DNA of 50,908 bases from Chthoniobacterales bacterium (lineage in GTDB: Bacteria; Verrucomicrobiota; Verrucomicrobiia; Chthoniobacterales; JACTMZ01): assembly GCA_049451035.1 (NCBI GenBank), contig JBMTVD010000003.1, positions 1 to 50,908 on the forward strand, written 5' to 3'. This document shows positions 17,867 through 27,561 of the stretch, in pieces. Positions within the stretch are counted from its first letter, which is position 1, and each line of letters opens with the position of its first letter. The position numbers were made by a program, and so were the translations under genes. The notes beneath the pieces were generated by a model. That model did no database searches and was not told the origin of the DNA. It was given only the letters and a program-made list of their open reading frames with translations.

Positions 17867-18325
17867 ATGTCCAAATCCGCTCCAGTTCCAACAGTGTACG
17901 CCGGTGAGTTTCGTCACGCGGTCGACACCAAGCACCGCGTGACGGTGCCCTCGCGTTGGCGTTCGGACGACGACAAGGAGGAGTTTTTCGCTGTGCCGGA
18001 TCCGGGCGGGGACTTTCTCATGATCCTGCCCCCGCACGAATTCGACCGCGTGAAATCCGATGTCGAGGCCAACGCCTCCATCGCTCCCTCCGACCGGCGC
18101 AAATTTATCCGTCGCTTTTATTCGCTGGCGCAGATCGTCACCGTCGACAAGCAGGGGCGCATTCTGCTTCCCGAGGAATACTGCCGCCGCCTGGGACTCG
18201 AAGGCGAAGTGGTGCTCATCGGCACCCACAGCCGCATGGAAATTTGGAACCCGCAGCGTTGGACAGAAGCGACTGCTGCCGAAGACGAGGTCTTCCGCCG
18301 GGTGGCGGGGGACGTTGGTCTGTAG
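17867..18325 (+). CDS. mraZ: Transcriptional regulator MraZ
   Basis: 'GEFRHAVDTKHRVTVP', 'DKQGRILLP', 'MEIW'. First gene of the dcw cluster. Confidence 0.95.
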   Translation: MSKSAPVPTVYAGEFRHAVDTKHRVTVPSRWRSDDDKEEFFAVPDPGGDFLMILPPHEFDRVKSDVEANASIAPSDRRKFIRRFYSLAQIVTVDKQGRILLPEEYCRRLGLEGEVVLIGTHSRMEIWNPQRWTEATAAEDEVFRRVAGDVGL

Positions 18326-18479
18326 CGCGACTGTCATTCCCCGCACCCCCCGAGAACAAACAATCGATCAAAAATGGCAAAAGCCGGCCGCAAGTTCGCC
18401 TTCGGTTTCTCCGCGAAAAAAGACGCGGGAGGCCGGGCGGAAGGTTCGGCCTGCATTCGACTCAATGTACGCACCGTTT

Positions 18480-19466
18480 ATGAGCAGTTCGGACTTCGCA
18501 AACCCTCCCGGCCACGCAAGCCCTGAAGCCTCCTGGCACACGCCGGTCATGCGCGACGAGGTGGTGTGCGTGCTCCAGCCGCGCGCCGGACAGCTTTTTC
18601 TGGATGGAACTTTGGGAGGCGGTGGTCACAGCGAGGCCCTGCTCGCATCCGGGGCACGCGTCATGGCCTTGGATCGCGACGCGGAGGCTCTGGACCAAGC
18701 GCGCGCCCGGCTTTCGGTTTACGGGGATCGCTTCCGCGCCTTGCACGGCAACTTCGCCGCGGCCGCGGCCAACCCGGAAGTGCTCGCGGCCGCCCCTTTC
18801 GATGGAGCGCTTCTCGACCTCGGTGTTTCCTCGCATCAACTCGACACCGCCGAACGCGGGTTCAGCTTCCGTCATGACGGTCCGCTCGATATGCGCATGG
18901 ACTTTTCCTCGGGGGAAACGGCGGCCGATATCGTCAATACCGCTTCGGAAGACGAGCTCGCCCGGATTTTCCGGGAGCTCGGCGAGGAGCCGCAATCGAG
19001 GCGCGCGGCGCGCGCCATCGCGGCCGAGCGGGAGCGTGTCGCTTTTTCCCGGACGGGGCAGTTGGCGGCGCTCTTGGAGAAAGTTCTGCCGCGCCGCGGC
19101 CGGATACATCCCGCCACCCGGGTGTTTCAGGCCTTGCGGATCTCGGTCAACGACGAACTGGGCGCTCTCCGGCGCGCTCTCGAAACCATCCCGACTTTGC
19201 TTCGCAGCGGAGCCCGTTTGGCCGTCATCACTTTCCATTCGCTCGAGGACCGGATCGTCAAGTCGTTCTTCCGTTCCCGTAGCGAAGAGTGGCTCGATCG
19301 GCCCGAGTGGCCGGCGCCGCGGCGCAATCCGGACCACTGCTTCCGCGACCTCACGCGCAAACCGATCGAGGCCACGCCCGAGGAAGTGCGCCGCAACGCA
19401 CGCGCCCGCTCCGCGCGCCTGCGGGCGGTGGAACTCCTTTCCGTGGCCCAGGAGGTGACCGTATGA
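18480..19466 (+). CDS. rsmH: 16S rRNA m4C1402 methyltransferase
   Basis: 'HTPVM', 'DGTLGGGGHS', 'DLGVSSHQLD', 'GPLDMRMD', 'TFHSLEDRIVK'. Start at ATG 18465 or 18480. Confidence 0.96.
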   Translation: MSSSDFANPPGHASPEASWHTPVMRDEVVCVLQPRAGQLFLDGTLGGGGHSEALLASGARVMALDRDAEALDQARARLSVYGDRFRALHGNFAAAAANPEVLAAAPFDGALLDLGVSSHQLDTAERGFSFRHDGPLDMRMDFSSGETAADIVNTASEDELARIFRELGEEPQSRRAARAIAAERERVAFSRTGQLAALLEKVLPRRGRIHPATRVFQALRISVNDELGALRRALETIPTLLRSGARLAVITFHSLEDRIVKSFFRSRSEEWLDRPEWPAPRRNPDHCFRDLTRKPIEATPEEVRRNARARSARLRAVELLSVAQEVTV

Positions 19467-19819
19467 GTCGCGCGCAGCAGGAGCAGGTTCATGGCGCCAT
19501 GTTTCTGGCCCGTTGGCTCGCCTTGGTGATCTTTGTCGGTCTCCTCGGTGTCTGCTATGTGCACCTGAAGCAGAAGCTCACGGTGGACGGCAACCTTTGC
19601 CGCGACTTGGAGCGTGCCGTGCTCGAACTCGATGAGAAAATACTCGGTGTCACCTCCGACATCCGCCGCTTGACCGGTCGTCCCTCCCTCGAACGTCGCC
19701 GTGAAGAAGGCTTCATCCGCATGATGGAAGTGACTGACGGGCGAGTGGTGCGCTTGAGGCCGCAGACCGAAGCCGCGGCGTTGCCCCCGCTATCACCGCC
19801 GGAGGAGGCAGCGCGATGA
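19463..19819 (+). CDS. ftsL: FtsL-like cell division protein
   Basis: Position between rsmH and ftsI; one TM helix followed by a heptad coiled coil; SD GGAGGTG at 19451; ATGA overlaps at both ends. Assigned mainly by synteny. Confidence 0.65.
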   Translation: MSRAQQEQVHGAMFLARWLALVIFVGLLGVCYVHLKQKLTVDGNLCRDLERAVLELDEKILGVTSDIRRLTGRPSLERRREEGFIRMMEVTDGRVVRLRPQTEAAALPPLSPPEEAAR

Positions 19820-21594
19820 ATGCGCCGATCTGCCGCCGCTCCGGGATTGTCTGCATCGCGCTGGCCGTGGTTTTCAGCGTCTTTTCCGCGCGACTCATCC
19901 AGCTTCAGGTCGGCTGCCATGAAGAGTTGGCCCGCGTGGCCGCCCAAACAACGGCCAAGACAAAAACCATCGCCGCGACCCGGGGCAAGATCGTCGATAC
20001 CCGCGGCGAGGTCCTGGCCGACAACGTCCCCGTGTACAAAGTGGTCGTCGATGGCAGCCTGGCCCCGGAGGATCGCGGGGAACTGGCGGCCATCCTCGCC
20101 CGCCACCTGGACTTGCCGGTGGAGAAAGTGGCCGCGCGAGTCGCCTCGAAGCGCCCCTACATCGTGGTGGATCCGAGACTCAAGGCGCCGGCTGCGGTCG
20201 TGGAGGACCTCAAAGAAGACCTGGCCAAGGCCGATTTACGCTGCGTCCACTACGAGCGGGAGCCCCGTCGCAGCTATCCCAACGAGAACATGCTGGCCCA
20301 CGTTCTCGGCTACCTCGACCACAACGGCAAAGGCATCCAAGGCGTCGAGATGATGATGGAGCCCTACTTGCGCGGCGAAGAGGGCTTTGTGTACACCGAG
20401 AAAGATCGCACGGGCCGCGAAATCGTGGCCTACCGCGGCCTCGAGCGGCCGGCGCGCGACGGGATGACCGTGCAACTCACCGTCGACATGGGGCTCCAAG
20501 CCATTGTGGAGCGCGAACTCGACGAAGCCTACGAGCGGCTTAACCCGAACATGATTACCGCCGTTTTCGTGCGACCGCGCACCGGTGAGATCCTCGCCAT
20601 GGCCACGCGCCCGAATTTCGATCCCAACAAGTATAATTCGGCACCGGTCGAGTCGACGAAGAACCGCGCCATTCTCGAGATGTTCGAGCCCGGTTCGACT
20701 TTCAAGCTTGTTGTCATCGCCGCCGCGCTCAACGAGAAGGCCGTGCAGCCCGGGCAGGAGTTTTTCTGCGAGAACGGTTCTTTCGGCTACGCGGGCCGGA
20801 CGCTGCGGGATGTGCACGGCTACGGGTCGCTCAGTGTTCACGACATTCTGGTCAAGTCCTCGAACATCGGCTGCGCGAAGATCGCCATGCATCTCGGGCC
20901 CGAGACCTTCCATGAGTACATCCGGCGCTTCGGTTTCGGCGAGCGCACCGGCGTCGGCCTGCCCGGGGAAATCGGCGGTATCGTCCATCCCGTCCACAAA
21001 TGGTCGGGGTTGAGCATCACCCGCGTGCCCATGGGTCACGAGGTGGCGGTCACGCCTTTGCAGAGCGCTATGAGCATGGCCGTCATCGCCAACGGCGGTG
21101 AAATGATGCTTCCCCAGATCGTCCGGTCCGTGCGCGACTCCAACGGCGACGAAGTTGTCTCGCTCAAGCCCACAGTGGTACGCCGCGTCATCGATCCGGG
21201 GACGGCCGCCGAAGTCGGAGCCGCCCTGCAGGAAGTGGTCAGCGCAAAAGGAACGGCCCCGCTCGCCGCCATCCGCGGCTATGAAGTCTGCGGCAAAACC
21301 GGCACCGCGCAGCGCGTCGACCCCAAAGGCGGCTACACGCCGGGGCAATACGTGGTTTCTTTCTCCGGTTACTTCCCGGCGGGCGATCCGGAAGTGGCGG
21401 GCATCGTGCTCGTCGACAACGCCCGCACTCCCGGTGCCTCGCAATACGGGGGGACCATCGCAGGGCCCATTTTCGCGAACATTGGCAAAGAAATGGCCCA
21501 GCACCTCGGCCTTGTCCCGGAAACGGCGGAGTCCGACGGCACCACCATCGCTCTCGTGCCGCGGGTCGAAGACAACAACAAGGACCTCAACTGA
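19816..21594 (+). CDS. ftsI: Class B penicillin-binding protein (PBP3)
   Basis: 'RGKIVD', 'RSYP', SxxK (EPGSTFK), SxN (KSSN), KTG (GKTGTAQ). Confidence 0.93.
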   Translation: MNAPICRRSGIVCIALAVVFSVFSARLIQLQVGCHEELARVAAQTTAKTKTIAATRGKIVDTRGEVLADNVPVYKVVVDGSLAPEDRGELAAILARHLDLPVEKVAARVASKRPYIVVDPRLKAPAAVVEDLKEDLAKADLRCVHYEREPRRSYPNENMLAHVLGYLDHNGKGIQGVEMMMEPYLRGEEGFVYTEKDRTGREIVAYRGLERPARDGMTVQLTVDMGLQAIVERELDEAYERLNPNMITAVFVRPRTGEILAMATRPNFDPNKYNSAPVESTKNRAILEMFEPGSTFKLVVIAAALNEKAVQPGQEFFCENGSFGYAGRTLRDVHGYGSLSVHDILVKSSNIGCAKIAMHLGPETFHEYIRRFGFGERTGVGLPGEIGGIVHPVHKWSGLSITRVPMGHEVAVTPLQSAMSMAVIANGGEMMLPQIVRSVRDSNGDEVVSLKPTVVRRVIDPGTAAEVGAALQEVVSAKGTAPLAAIRGYEVCGKTGTAQRVDPKGGYTPGQYVVSFSGYFPAGDPEVAGIVLVDNARTPGASQYGGTIAGPIFANIGKEMAQHLGLVPETAESDGTTIALVPRVEDNNKDLN

Positions 21595-21596
21595 AC

Positions 21597-23087
21597 ATGC
21601 ATCTGGGCAAGATTCTCGCCGGCTTGGGTTCCGAACATTTCACGGTGGCCGGGGCGCCCGACCGCGAGATCGAAACGCTGGTGCACGATTCGCGTCTGGC
21701 CTCGCCCGGTTGCCTCTTCGCGGATCTGCCCAGTGCGACACCGGGCCGCGCCGGCGCGCACGACGCGCACCATATCCTCGAGGCGGTCGACAAAGGTGCC
21801 GTGGCGGTCATCACCTCGAGTGATGTCGACGTGCCGCGCGCCACGGTCATCCGCGTCGAGGATCCGCGCCGGGCGTTCTCCGCGGCGGCGGCGGTCTTCT
21901 ACGGGCATCCCTCGCTGCAGTTGCAAACCGCGGCGGTCACCGGAACAAACGGCAAAACCACAACGACCTTCCTGCTCAAGCACCTCCTCGACGTGGCCGA
22001 CCGCCCCTGCGGTCTCATCGGCACGGTCCGCTATGTCGTCGGTCCCCGCGAGTTGCCCGCGGCGCGCACCACGCCGGAATCGGACGACGTGCAGCGCCTG
22101 CTGCGCGAGATGCGCGACGTGAACTGCCGCGCGGCCGTCATGGAGGCTTCCAGCCATGCCTTGCACCAGGGGCGTTTGCGCGATGTCGAATTCGATGCGG
22201 CCATCTTCACCAATCTCACGCAGGACCACCTCGATTACCACCAGACGATGGAGGCCTACTTCGCAGCCAAGGCCATTCTTTTCCGGCAAATGGCCGATCA
22301 ATCGCGCAAGAAGGGAACGGCCGTGATCAATATTGATGACCGCTACGGTCGCCGCCTCCTCGACGACCACACGCACCAAGTGGCCACGGTGACTTATGGC
22401 CAGTCGTCCAATGCGATGTTCCGCGCGGTCGATTTGCGCACCGATTTCCACGGCACCCAATATTCCCTCCATGCGGCGGGGAAGAGTTACCTCGTGAGGC
22501 TTCCCCACTTCGGCCCGTTCAATGTCTATAACTCACTCGCCGCGCTGGCCGCGATGCACGCCCTCGGCCACGACATCCGCAAATCCGTCGTCGCGTTGAA
22601 GGACGCGCCTCAAGTCCCGGGCCGGCTCGAGATGGTGCCCGGCCCGAAATCATTCCGCGTGTTCGTCGACTACGCCCACACGCCCGATGCCCTGCAGAAC
22701 GTGCTGCGCACCCTCCGCTCGCTCGAACCGGCCCGCATCCTCACCGTCTTCGGTTGCGGTGGCGATCGCGACAAAGCAAAGCGCGGGCCGATGGGCTTGG
22801 CGGCCGAGGAACTTTCCGACTGGTGCATCGTCACTTCCGACAACCCCAGGAGCGAGGATCCGGAAGCGATCTGCGGCCAGGTCAGCGCGGCGCTGCGCGG
22901 CCAGAACCACGAAATTATCGTCGACCGCCGCGCGGCCATCCGGCGTGCCGTGTCCATGGCCGGCCCCGGGGACATCGTGCTGGTGGCGGGCAAGGGGCAC
23001 GAGGACTACCAGGAATTCGCGGACCGCAAGGTGCCATTCGACGACGTGGCCGAGTCGGCCAGTGCTCTCCGGGGGAAAGTCGCGTGA
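21597..23087 (+). CDS. murE: UDP-MurNAc-dipeptide:meso-DAP ligase
   Basis: 'TGTNGKTTT', 'MEASSH', 'TNLTQDHLDYH', 'DYAHTPD'. The DNPR motif indicates meso-DAP specificity. Confidence 0.97.
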   Translation: MHLGKILAGLGSEHFTVAGAPDREIETLVHDSRLASPGCLFADLPSATPGRAGAHDAHHILEAVDKGAVAVITSSDVDVPRATVIRVEDPRRAFSAAAAVFYGHPSLQLQTAAVTGTNGKTTTTFLLKHLLDVADRPCGLIGTVRYVVGPRELPAARTTPESDDVQRLLREMRDVNCRAAVMEASSHALHQGRLRDVEFDAAIFTNLTQDHLDYHQTMEAYFAAKAILFRQMADQSRKKGTAVINIDDRYGRRLLDDHTHQVATVTYGQSSNAMFRAVDLRTDFHGTQYSLHAAGKSYLVRLPHFGPFNVYNSLAALAAMHALGHDIRKSVVALKDAPQVPGRLEMVPGPKSFRVFVDYAHTPDALQNVLRTLRSLEPARILTVFGCGGDRDKAKRGPMGLAAEELSDWCIVTSDNPRSEDPEAICGQVSAALRGQNHEIIVDRRAAIRRAVSMAGPGDIVLVAGKGHEDYQEFADRKVPFDDVAESASALRGKVA

Positions 23088-23089
23088 CC

Positions 23090-24442
23090 ATGGATCCGAC
23101 AACGCTCAACGAGTTGGCCGCGGCTTGCGGGGGAAGATTGTTGCGCGGCGACGGCGCCACAACCGTCTCGAACGTGAACAAAGACACGCGCACGCTCCAG
23201 AGGGGCGATTTGTATTGGGCGCTGCGCGGCGACAACCACGACGGTCATGATTTTGTCCGCCAGGCCGCGGATCGAGGCGCCGCCGCCGCCGTCGTGGAAA
23301 GCGGTGATACCGACGCTCCCGCGGGCTTTCCGCTCATCGTGGTTCCCGACGCTCTGCGCGCCCTGCAGCAACTCGCTGCCTGGTGGCGCCGGCAGCTGAC
23401 GCTCAAAGTCATCTGCCTGACCGGCAGCAACGGCAAGACCAGCACGAAGGACTTTGCCGCGTCCGTCGCCGCGACACGTTTCCGGGTCAACAAAACCGAA
23501 GGCAACCTCAACAATCACATCGGCCTCCCCCTGACGGTTCTGTCGGCGCGGAAGTCCGACGAAGTTGGTGTGTGGGAAATCGGCATGAACCATCCCGGCG
23601 AGATCGAGCCGCTGGCGCGGCTGGCCCAGCCGGATATCGCCATCATCACCAACATCGGCGTGGCCCACATCGAGTTCCTCGGCTCGCGCGAGGCCATTGC
23701 CCGGGAAAAAGGCGTCCTCGGCGAAGTGCTCGGGCCCGACCAGGTCCTTCTTCTTCCCGTTGGCGACGATTTCGCGCCATCGCTTGCGTCCCGCACCAAG
23801 GCGAGAGTTGTCTTCGTCGGTGCCGACGACGCCCTGCACGCCGACAACCGGCGGGTCTCCGCGCGCGGGCATGATTTCGATTTGGTTCTGGGCCCGGAGC
23901 GCACCGCGGCACACTTGCCGGTTCCGGGCGAGCACATGGTGCGCAATGCCCTGCTGGCCGTTGCCGCGGGCTTGGAGCTCGGACTGTCCCTGCGCGAATG
24001 CGCCTCCGGTCTGGCCGTGACCAAACTCTCCGCCCGCCGCCTTGCCTGTCTCGATGTGCGGGGCGTCACCGTTCTCGACGACAGCTACAACGCCAATCCC
24101 GATTCCATGGAGGCAGCCTTGCACGCGCTGCGCGGATTGCCCGGCGGCGGTCGGCGCTTCGCCGTGCTCGGTCGGATGGGTGAACTCGGCGCCTACGCCC
24201 GCGAAGGATATTGCCGGGTGGGGCGGACCGCTGCCTCGACGATGGATGTGCTCATCACCGTGGGCGAGGAGACCTCGCCTCTGGCCGAGCAAGCACAGGC
24301 CGGGGGGATCGAAGTGCACCGCGTCGCCGACACCTCCGGTGCGGCGCGCCTGCTGCGGGAATTGGCGCGCCCCGGTGATGCCGTGGTCGTGAAGGGCAGC
24401 CGCGGAGCGCGCATGGAACGCGTTTTGGAGGAGTTCGCCTGA
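23090..24442 (+). CDS. murF: UDP-MurNAc-tripeptide:D-Ala-D-Ala ligase
   Basis: 'TGSNGKTSTK', 'NLNNHIGLP', 'EIGMNHPGEI', 'DDSYNANPDSM', 'KGSRG'. Confidence 0.97.
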   Translation: MDPTTLNELAAACGGRLLRGDGATTVSNVNKDTRTLQRGDLYWALRGDNHDGHDFVRQAADRGAAAAVVESGDTDAPAGFPLIVVPDALRALQQLAAWWRRQLTLKVICLTGSNGKTSTKDFAASVAATRFRVNKTEGNLNNHIGLPLTVLSARKSDEVGVWEIGMNHPGEIEPLARLAQPDIAIITNIGVAHIEFLGSREAIAREKGVLGEVLGPDQVLLLPVGDDFAPSLASRTKARVVFVGADDALHADNRRVSARGHDFDLVLGPERTAAHLPVPGEHMVRNALLAVAAGLELGLSLRECASGLAVTKLSARRLACLDVRGVTVLDDSYNANPDSMEAALHALRGLPGGGRRFAVLGRMGELGAYAREGYCRVGRTAASTMDVLITVGEETSPLAEQAQAGGIEVHRVADTSGAARLLRELARPGDAVVVKGSRGARMERVLEEFA

Positions 24443-25563
24443 TGCTTTACTACCTTCACCTTTTGAGCGGGCAGGCGGGCGTCGAATCGGCGTTCCTCAA
24501 GGGCTTCAACGTTTTCCAATACATAACCTTCCGCTCCATGGCGGCGGGTGTGACGGCTTTCATCCTTTGCTTGCTGTTCGGCAAAACGGTCATCCGCCGC
24601 CTCATCTCGCTCAAACTCGGCCAACCGATCCGTACCGAGGAGGAAGTCAACCGGTTGCACGAACTGCACGGCGCCAAAGCCGGAACACCGACCATGGGCG
24701 GTGTGCTTCTCCTCGGCGCGGTCGTTCTGTCGGTCCTTGTTTGGGCGCGCCCGACCAATCCCCTGGTCTGGCTTTGTCTTTTCACCGTGATCTATCTCGG
24801 TGCGCTCGGGTTCGTCGACGATTACCTGAAAGTGACGAAGAAAACTTCGGATGGCATCAGCAGCCGTCTGAAATTCGCCCTGCAGTGCGTCTTGGCCGCC
24901 ATCGTCACCGCTTTTTTCGCGTGGGATCCGGTGCTCTCTGAACATTCGTCACAGCTCTATGTGCCCTTCGCCAAGGAGCCCATCATCCAGCACTTGGGGG
25001 TCTTCACCTTCATTCTCTACCTCCTGGTCATTGTCGGTGCGTCCAACGCGGTCAACCTGACCGACGGGCTCGACGGCTTGGCGGCGGGCTGCACGGCGAC
25101 CGTTGCCTTCGGTTTTGCCGTGCTCGCCTATGCGGCCGGCAACATCAACATCGCCTCCTACCTGCAGATTCCCTTTGTGGGCTATTCCGGGGAGTTGGCG
25201 GTTGTGTGCATGGCGCTGGTCGGCGCCTCGCTCGGTTTCCTCTGGTGGAACTGCCATCCGGCGCGCGTGTTCATGGGCGATACCGGTTCGCTGGCCATCG
25301 GAGGTCTCCTTGGCGTCATCGCCATCTCGTGCAAACAGGAGTTGCTCCTCGCGCTGATGGGCGGCGTCTTTGTGCTGGAAGCCGGTTCGGTTATTCTGCA
25401 GGTCGCGAGTTTCAAAAGCACCGGCAAGCGCATCTTCAAGATGTCGCCCTTGCACCACCACTTCGAACTGAGCGGCTGGAAGGAAAGCACCGTCATCGTG
25501 CGCTTCTGGATCCTCTCCATCATTTTCGCCTTCCTCGGGTTGGCCACTCTCAAACTGCGGTGA
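24442..25563 (+). CDS. mraY: Phospho-MurNAc-pentapeptide transferase
   Basis: 'GTPTMGG', 'GFVDD', 'NAVNLTDGLDGL', 'FMGDTGS', 'PLHHHFE'. Confidence 0.98.
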   Translation: MLYYLHLLSGQAGVESAFLKGFNVFQYITFRSMAAGVTAFILCLLFGKTVIRRLISLKLGQPIRTEEEVNRLHELHGAKAGTPTMGGVLLLGAVVLSVLVWARPTNPLVWLCLFTVIYLGALGFVDDYLKVTKKTSDGISSRLKFALQCVLAAIVTAFFAWDPVLSEHSSQLYVPFAKEPIIQHLGVFTFILYLLVIVGASNAVNLTDGLDGLAAGCTATVAFGFAVLAYAAGNINIASYLQIPFVGYSGELAVVCMALVGASLGFLWWNCHPARVFMGDTGSLAIGGLLGVIAISCKQELLLALMGGVFVLEAGSVILQVASFKSTGKRIFKMSPLHHHFELSGWKESTVIVRFWILSIIFAFLGLATLKLR

Positions 25564-25568
25564 TCCTC

Positions 25569-26903
25569 ATGGACTACAAAGGAAGACATGTCGCGGTGCT
25601 CGGCCTCGGGCGCAGCGGGGAGGCTGCGGCCGCCCTTCTTCTCGACCACGGTGCCGAGGTGACCGTGCTCGACTCCGGCGATCCCGCTCCGCGGCGGGAC
25701 GCTGCGGTAAAACTTTCCTCGCGTGGCGCGCGCGTCGTTTTGGGGGACGACGCGTTGCGCTGCGCGCAGGATTTTGACTTCGCGGTGCTCAGCCCCGGGA
25801 TCGATCCCGTGGTGCCGCTCGCGCGAAGGCCGGTCGAGGCCGGCGTGCCCCTCCTCGGCGAGATCGAACTTGCTTACCGCAATTGCCGCTGCCCGGTCAT
25901 TGCCATCACCGGGACCAACGGCAAGACCACCACGACCGGCCTGGCCGCCGCCCTGCTCGGTGCCGCGGGTCTGCGGGCCGAGGCATGCGGCAACATCGGC
26001 TTGCCCTTCAGCGAGGTGGCCGCCCGCAGCACGCAACTTGATGCCGCCGTCGTGGAGATCAGTTCCTTCCAACTCGAAACCATCGACACTTTCCGTCCCA
26101 AGGTCGCGGTCTGGACCAACTTCAGCGCAAACCATCTGGACCGTTACCCGGACGTGGCCGCCTACCGCGCGGCCAAACTCCGCATTTTCGACCGCCAGAC
26201 GGCGGACGATTTCGCGGTGGTCAACGCGCGGTTGGAACTGCCGGCCCTGCGCGCGCGGCGGATCACTTTCTCCGCCGCGCGCTCCGCGGAGGCGGATTTC
26301 ACGCTCCAAGGATCCATTATCCTTCACCGCGGCGAACAGCTGATGGATATGTCCGAAACGCGGCTGCGCGGACCGCACAATGCGGAGAACCTCATGGCCG
26401 CTTTCGGCGCCGCCCTGTGCCTCGGCGCCGACCCCGCCACGATGGTCGCGGCCGCGCGCGCCTATACCCCTCCGCCGCACCGCTGCGAGTTTGTCCGCGA
26501 ACTGGACGGTGTCGCTTGGATCAACGACTCCAAGTCGACCAATCTCGATGCGCTCGCCCAGGCGCTGCAAGGGCAAAGCGGCGGGGTGATCCTCATTGCC
26601 GGCGGAAAAAACAAGGGATTCGATTTCGCTCCCGTGGCGTCGCTGGTCGGGGCACGCGCGCGGGCGGCCGTCCTCATCGGCGAAATGCGCGAAACCATCG
26701 CGGCTCAATGGCCCGTTCCTTGCCACCCGGTCGACTCGCTGGCGGCGGCCGTCGAGACCGCTCGCGGACTTGCGCGTCGCGGTGACACCGTCCTCTTTTC
26801 CCCGGGCACCTCGTCCTTCGATATGTTTCGCAGCTACGAGGAGCGCGGGGATTTGTTCAAAAACCTAACCCACCAACTAAAACCCGAGGAAAAAAACACA
26901 TGA
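25569..26903 (+). CDS. murD: UDP-MurNAc-L-Ala:D-Glu ligase
   Basis: 'GLGRSG', 'SPGI', 'TGTNGKTTT', 'EISSFQL', 'NDSKSTN', 'SFDMFRSYEERG'. Confidence 0.97.
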   Translation: MDYKGRHVAVLGLGRSGEAAAALLLDHGAEVTVLDSGDPAPRRDAAVKLSSRGARVVLGDDALRCAQDFDFAVLSPGIDPVVPLARRPVEAGVPLLGEIELAYRNCRCPVIAITGTNGKTTTTGLAAALLGAAGLRAEACGNIGLPFSEVAARSTQLDAAVVEISSFQLETIDTFRPKVAVWTNFSANHLDRYPDVAAYRAAKLRIFDRQTADDFAVVNARLELPALRARRITFSAARSAEADFTLQGSIILHRGEQLMDMSETRLRGPHNAENLMAAFGAALCLGADPATMVAAARAYTPPPHRCEFVRELDGVAWINDSKSTNLDALAQALQGQSGGVILIAGGKNKGFDFAPVASLVGARARAAVLIGEMRETIAAQWPVPCHPVDSLAAAVETARGLARRGDTVLFSPGTSSFDMFRSYEERGDLFKNLTHQLKPEEKNT

Positions 26904-27550
26904 AACTGCAGCTATTCAGCAAAATGACCGCCAAGCCCCGCGGTCGCAAAGTGGTTCGCGCCTCCGCGCGGGCCATGCGAGGGGGCGAGGACTATTATGA
27001 AGCCGAGCCGAACATGAAGTTGTCCCATGCCTTCATGGTCGTGCTGGTGCTCCACATCGTGGCTGTGGGCGGCATCTGGGCTTTCAATCACCTCAACGCG
27101 GGACGCCAGAGCGCATCGATCGTGGCCGATCTCTCCGACAAACTCGCATTGTCGGCGCAGCCCAAGAAGGCCGAGGCGCCGCCCGTCGTCCAGCGCCAGC
27201 CTGGCGACGCGGATGACCCTTTGCCTTCTCTCGAGCCGTTGCCCGGTTCGTCGGCGCCCGCTTTTCGCGCCGCCGAGCTTGCCCCGGCGCCGATCATGAC
27301 GGCGGCCAAGTCGGCCGGCGATCCGGTGGTCGAGACGGGTGCTGCGTCTTCCAAGCCGGCTTCGGCCGTGCAGAAGACAGGCGCGACTGCCTCCGGCGGC
27401 ACCTACACCGTGGAGAAAGGCGACAATCCGTACAAAATCGCCAAGAAACTCGGTGTGAGCTACCAGGCGTTGCTCGAGGTCAACAGCATCGAGGATCCGA
27501 CCAAACTGCAGATCGGCACGGTCCTCAAAGTTCCGGCCAAGAAGAACTAG
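26900..27550 (+). CDS. Membrane-anchored LysM-domain protein
   Basis: TM 'AFMVVLVLHIVAVGGIWAF', Pro/Ala-rich linker, C-terminal LysM 'YTVEKGDNPYKIAKKLGVS...LQIGTVLKVP'. Confidence 0.9.
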   Translation: MKLQLFSKMTAKPRGRKVVRASARAMRGGEDYYEAEPNMKLSHAFMVVLVLHIVAVGGIWAFNHLNAGRQSASIVADLSDKLALSAQPKKAEAPPVVQRQPGDADDPLPSLEPLPGSSAPAFRAAELAPAPIMTAAKSAGDPVVETGAASSKPASAVQKTGATASGGTYTVEKGDNPYKIAKKLGVSYQALLEVNSIEDPTKLQIGTVLKVPAKKN

Positions 27551-27561
27551 GTTGTCCGTCC

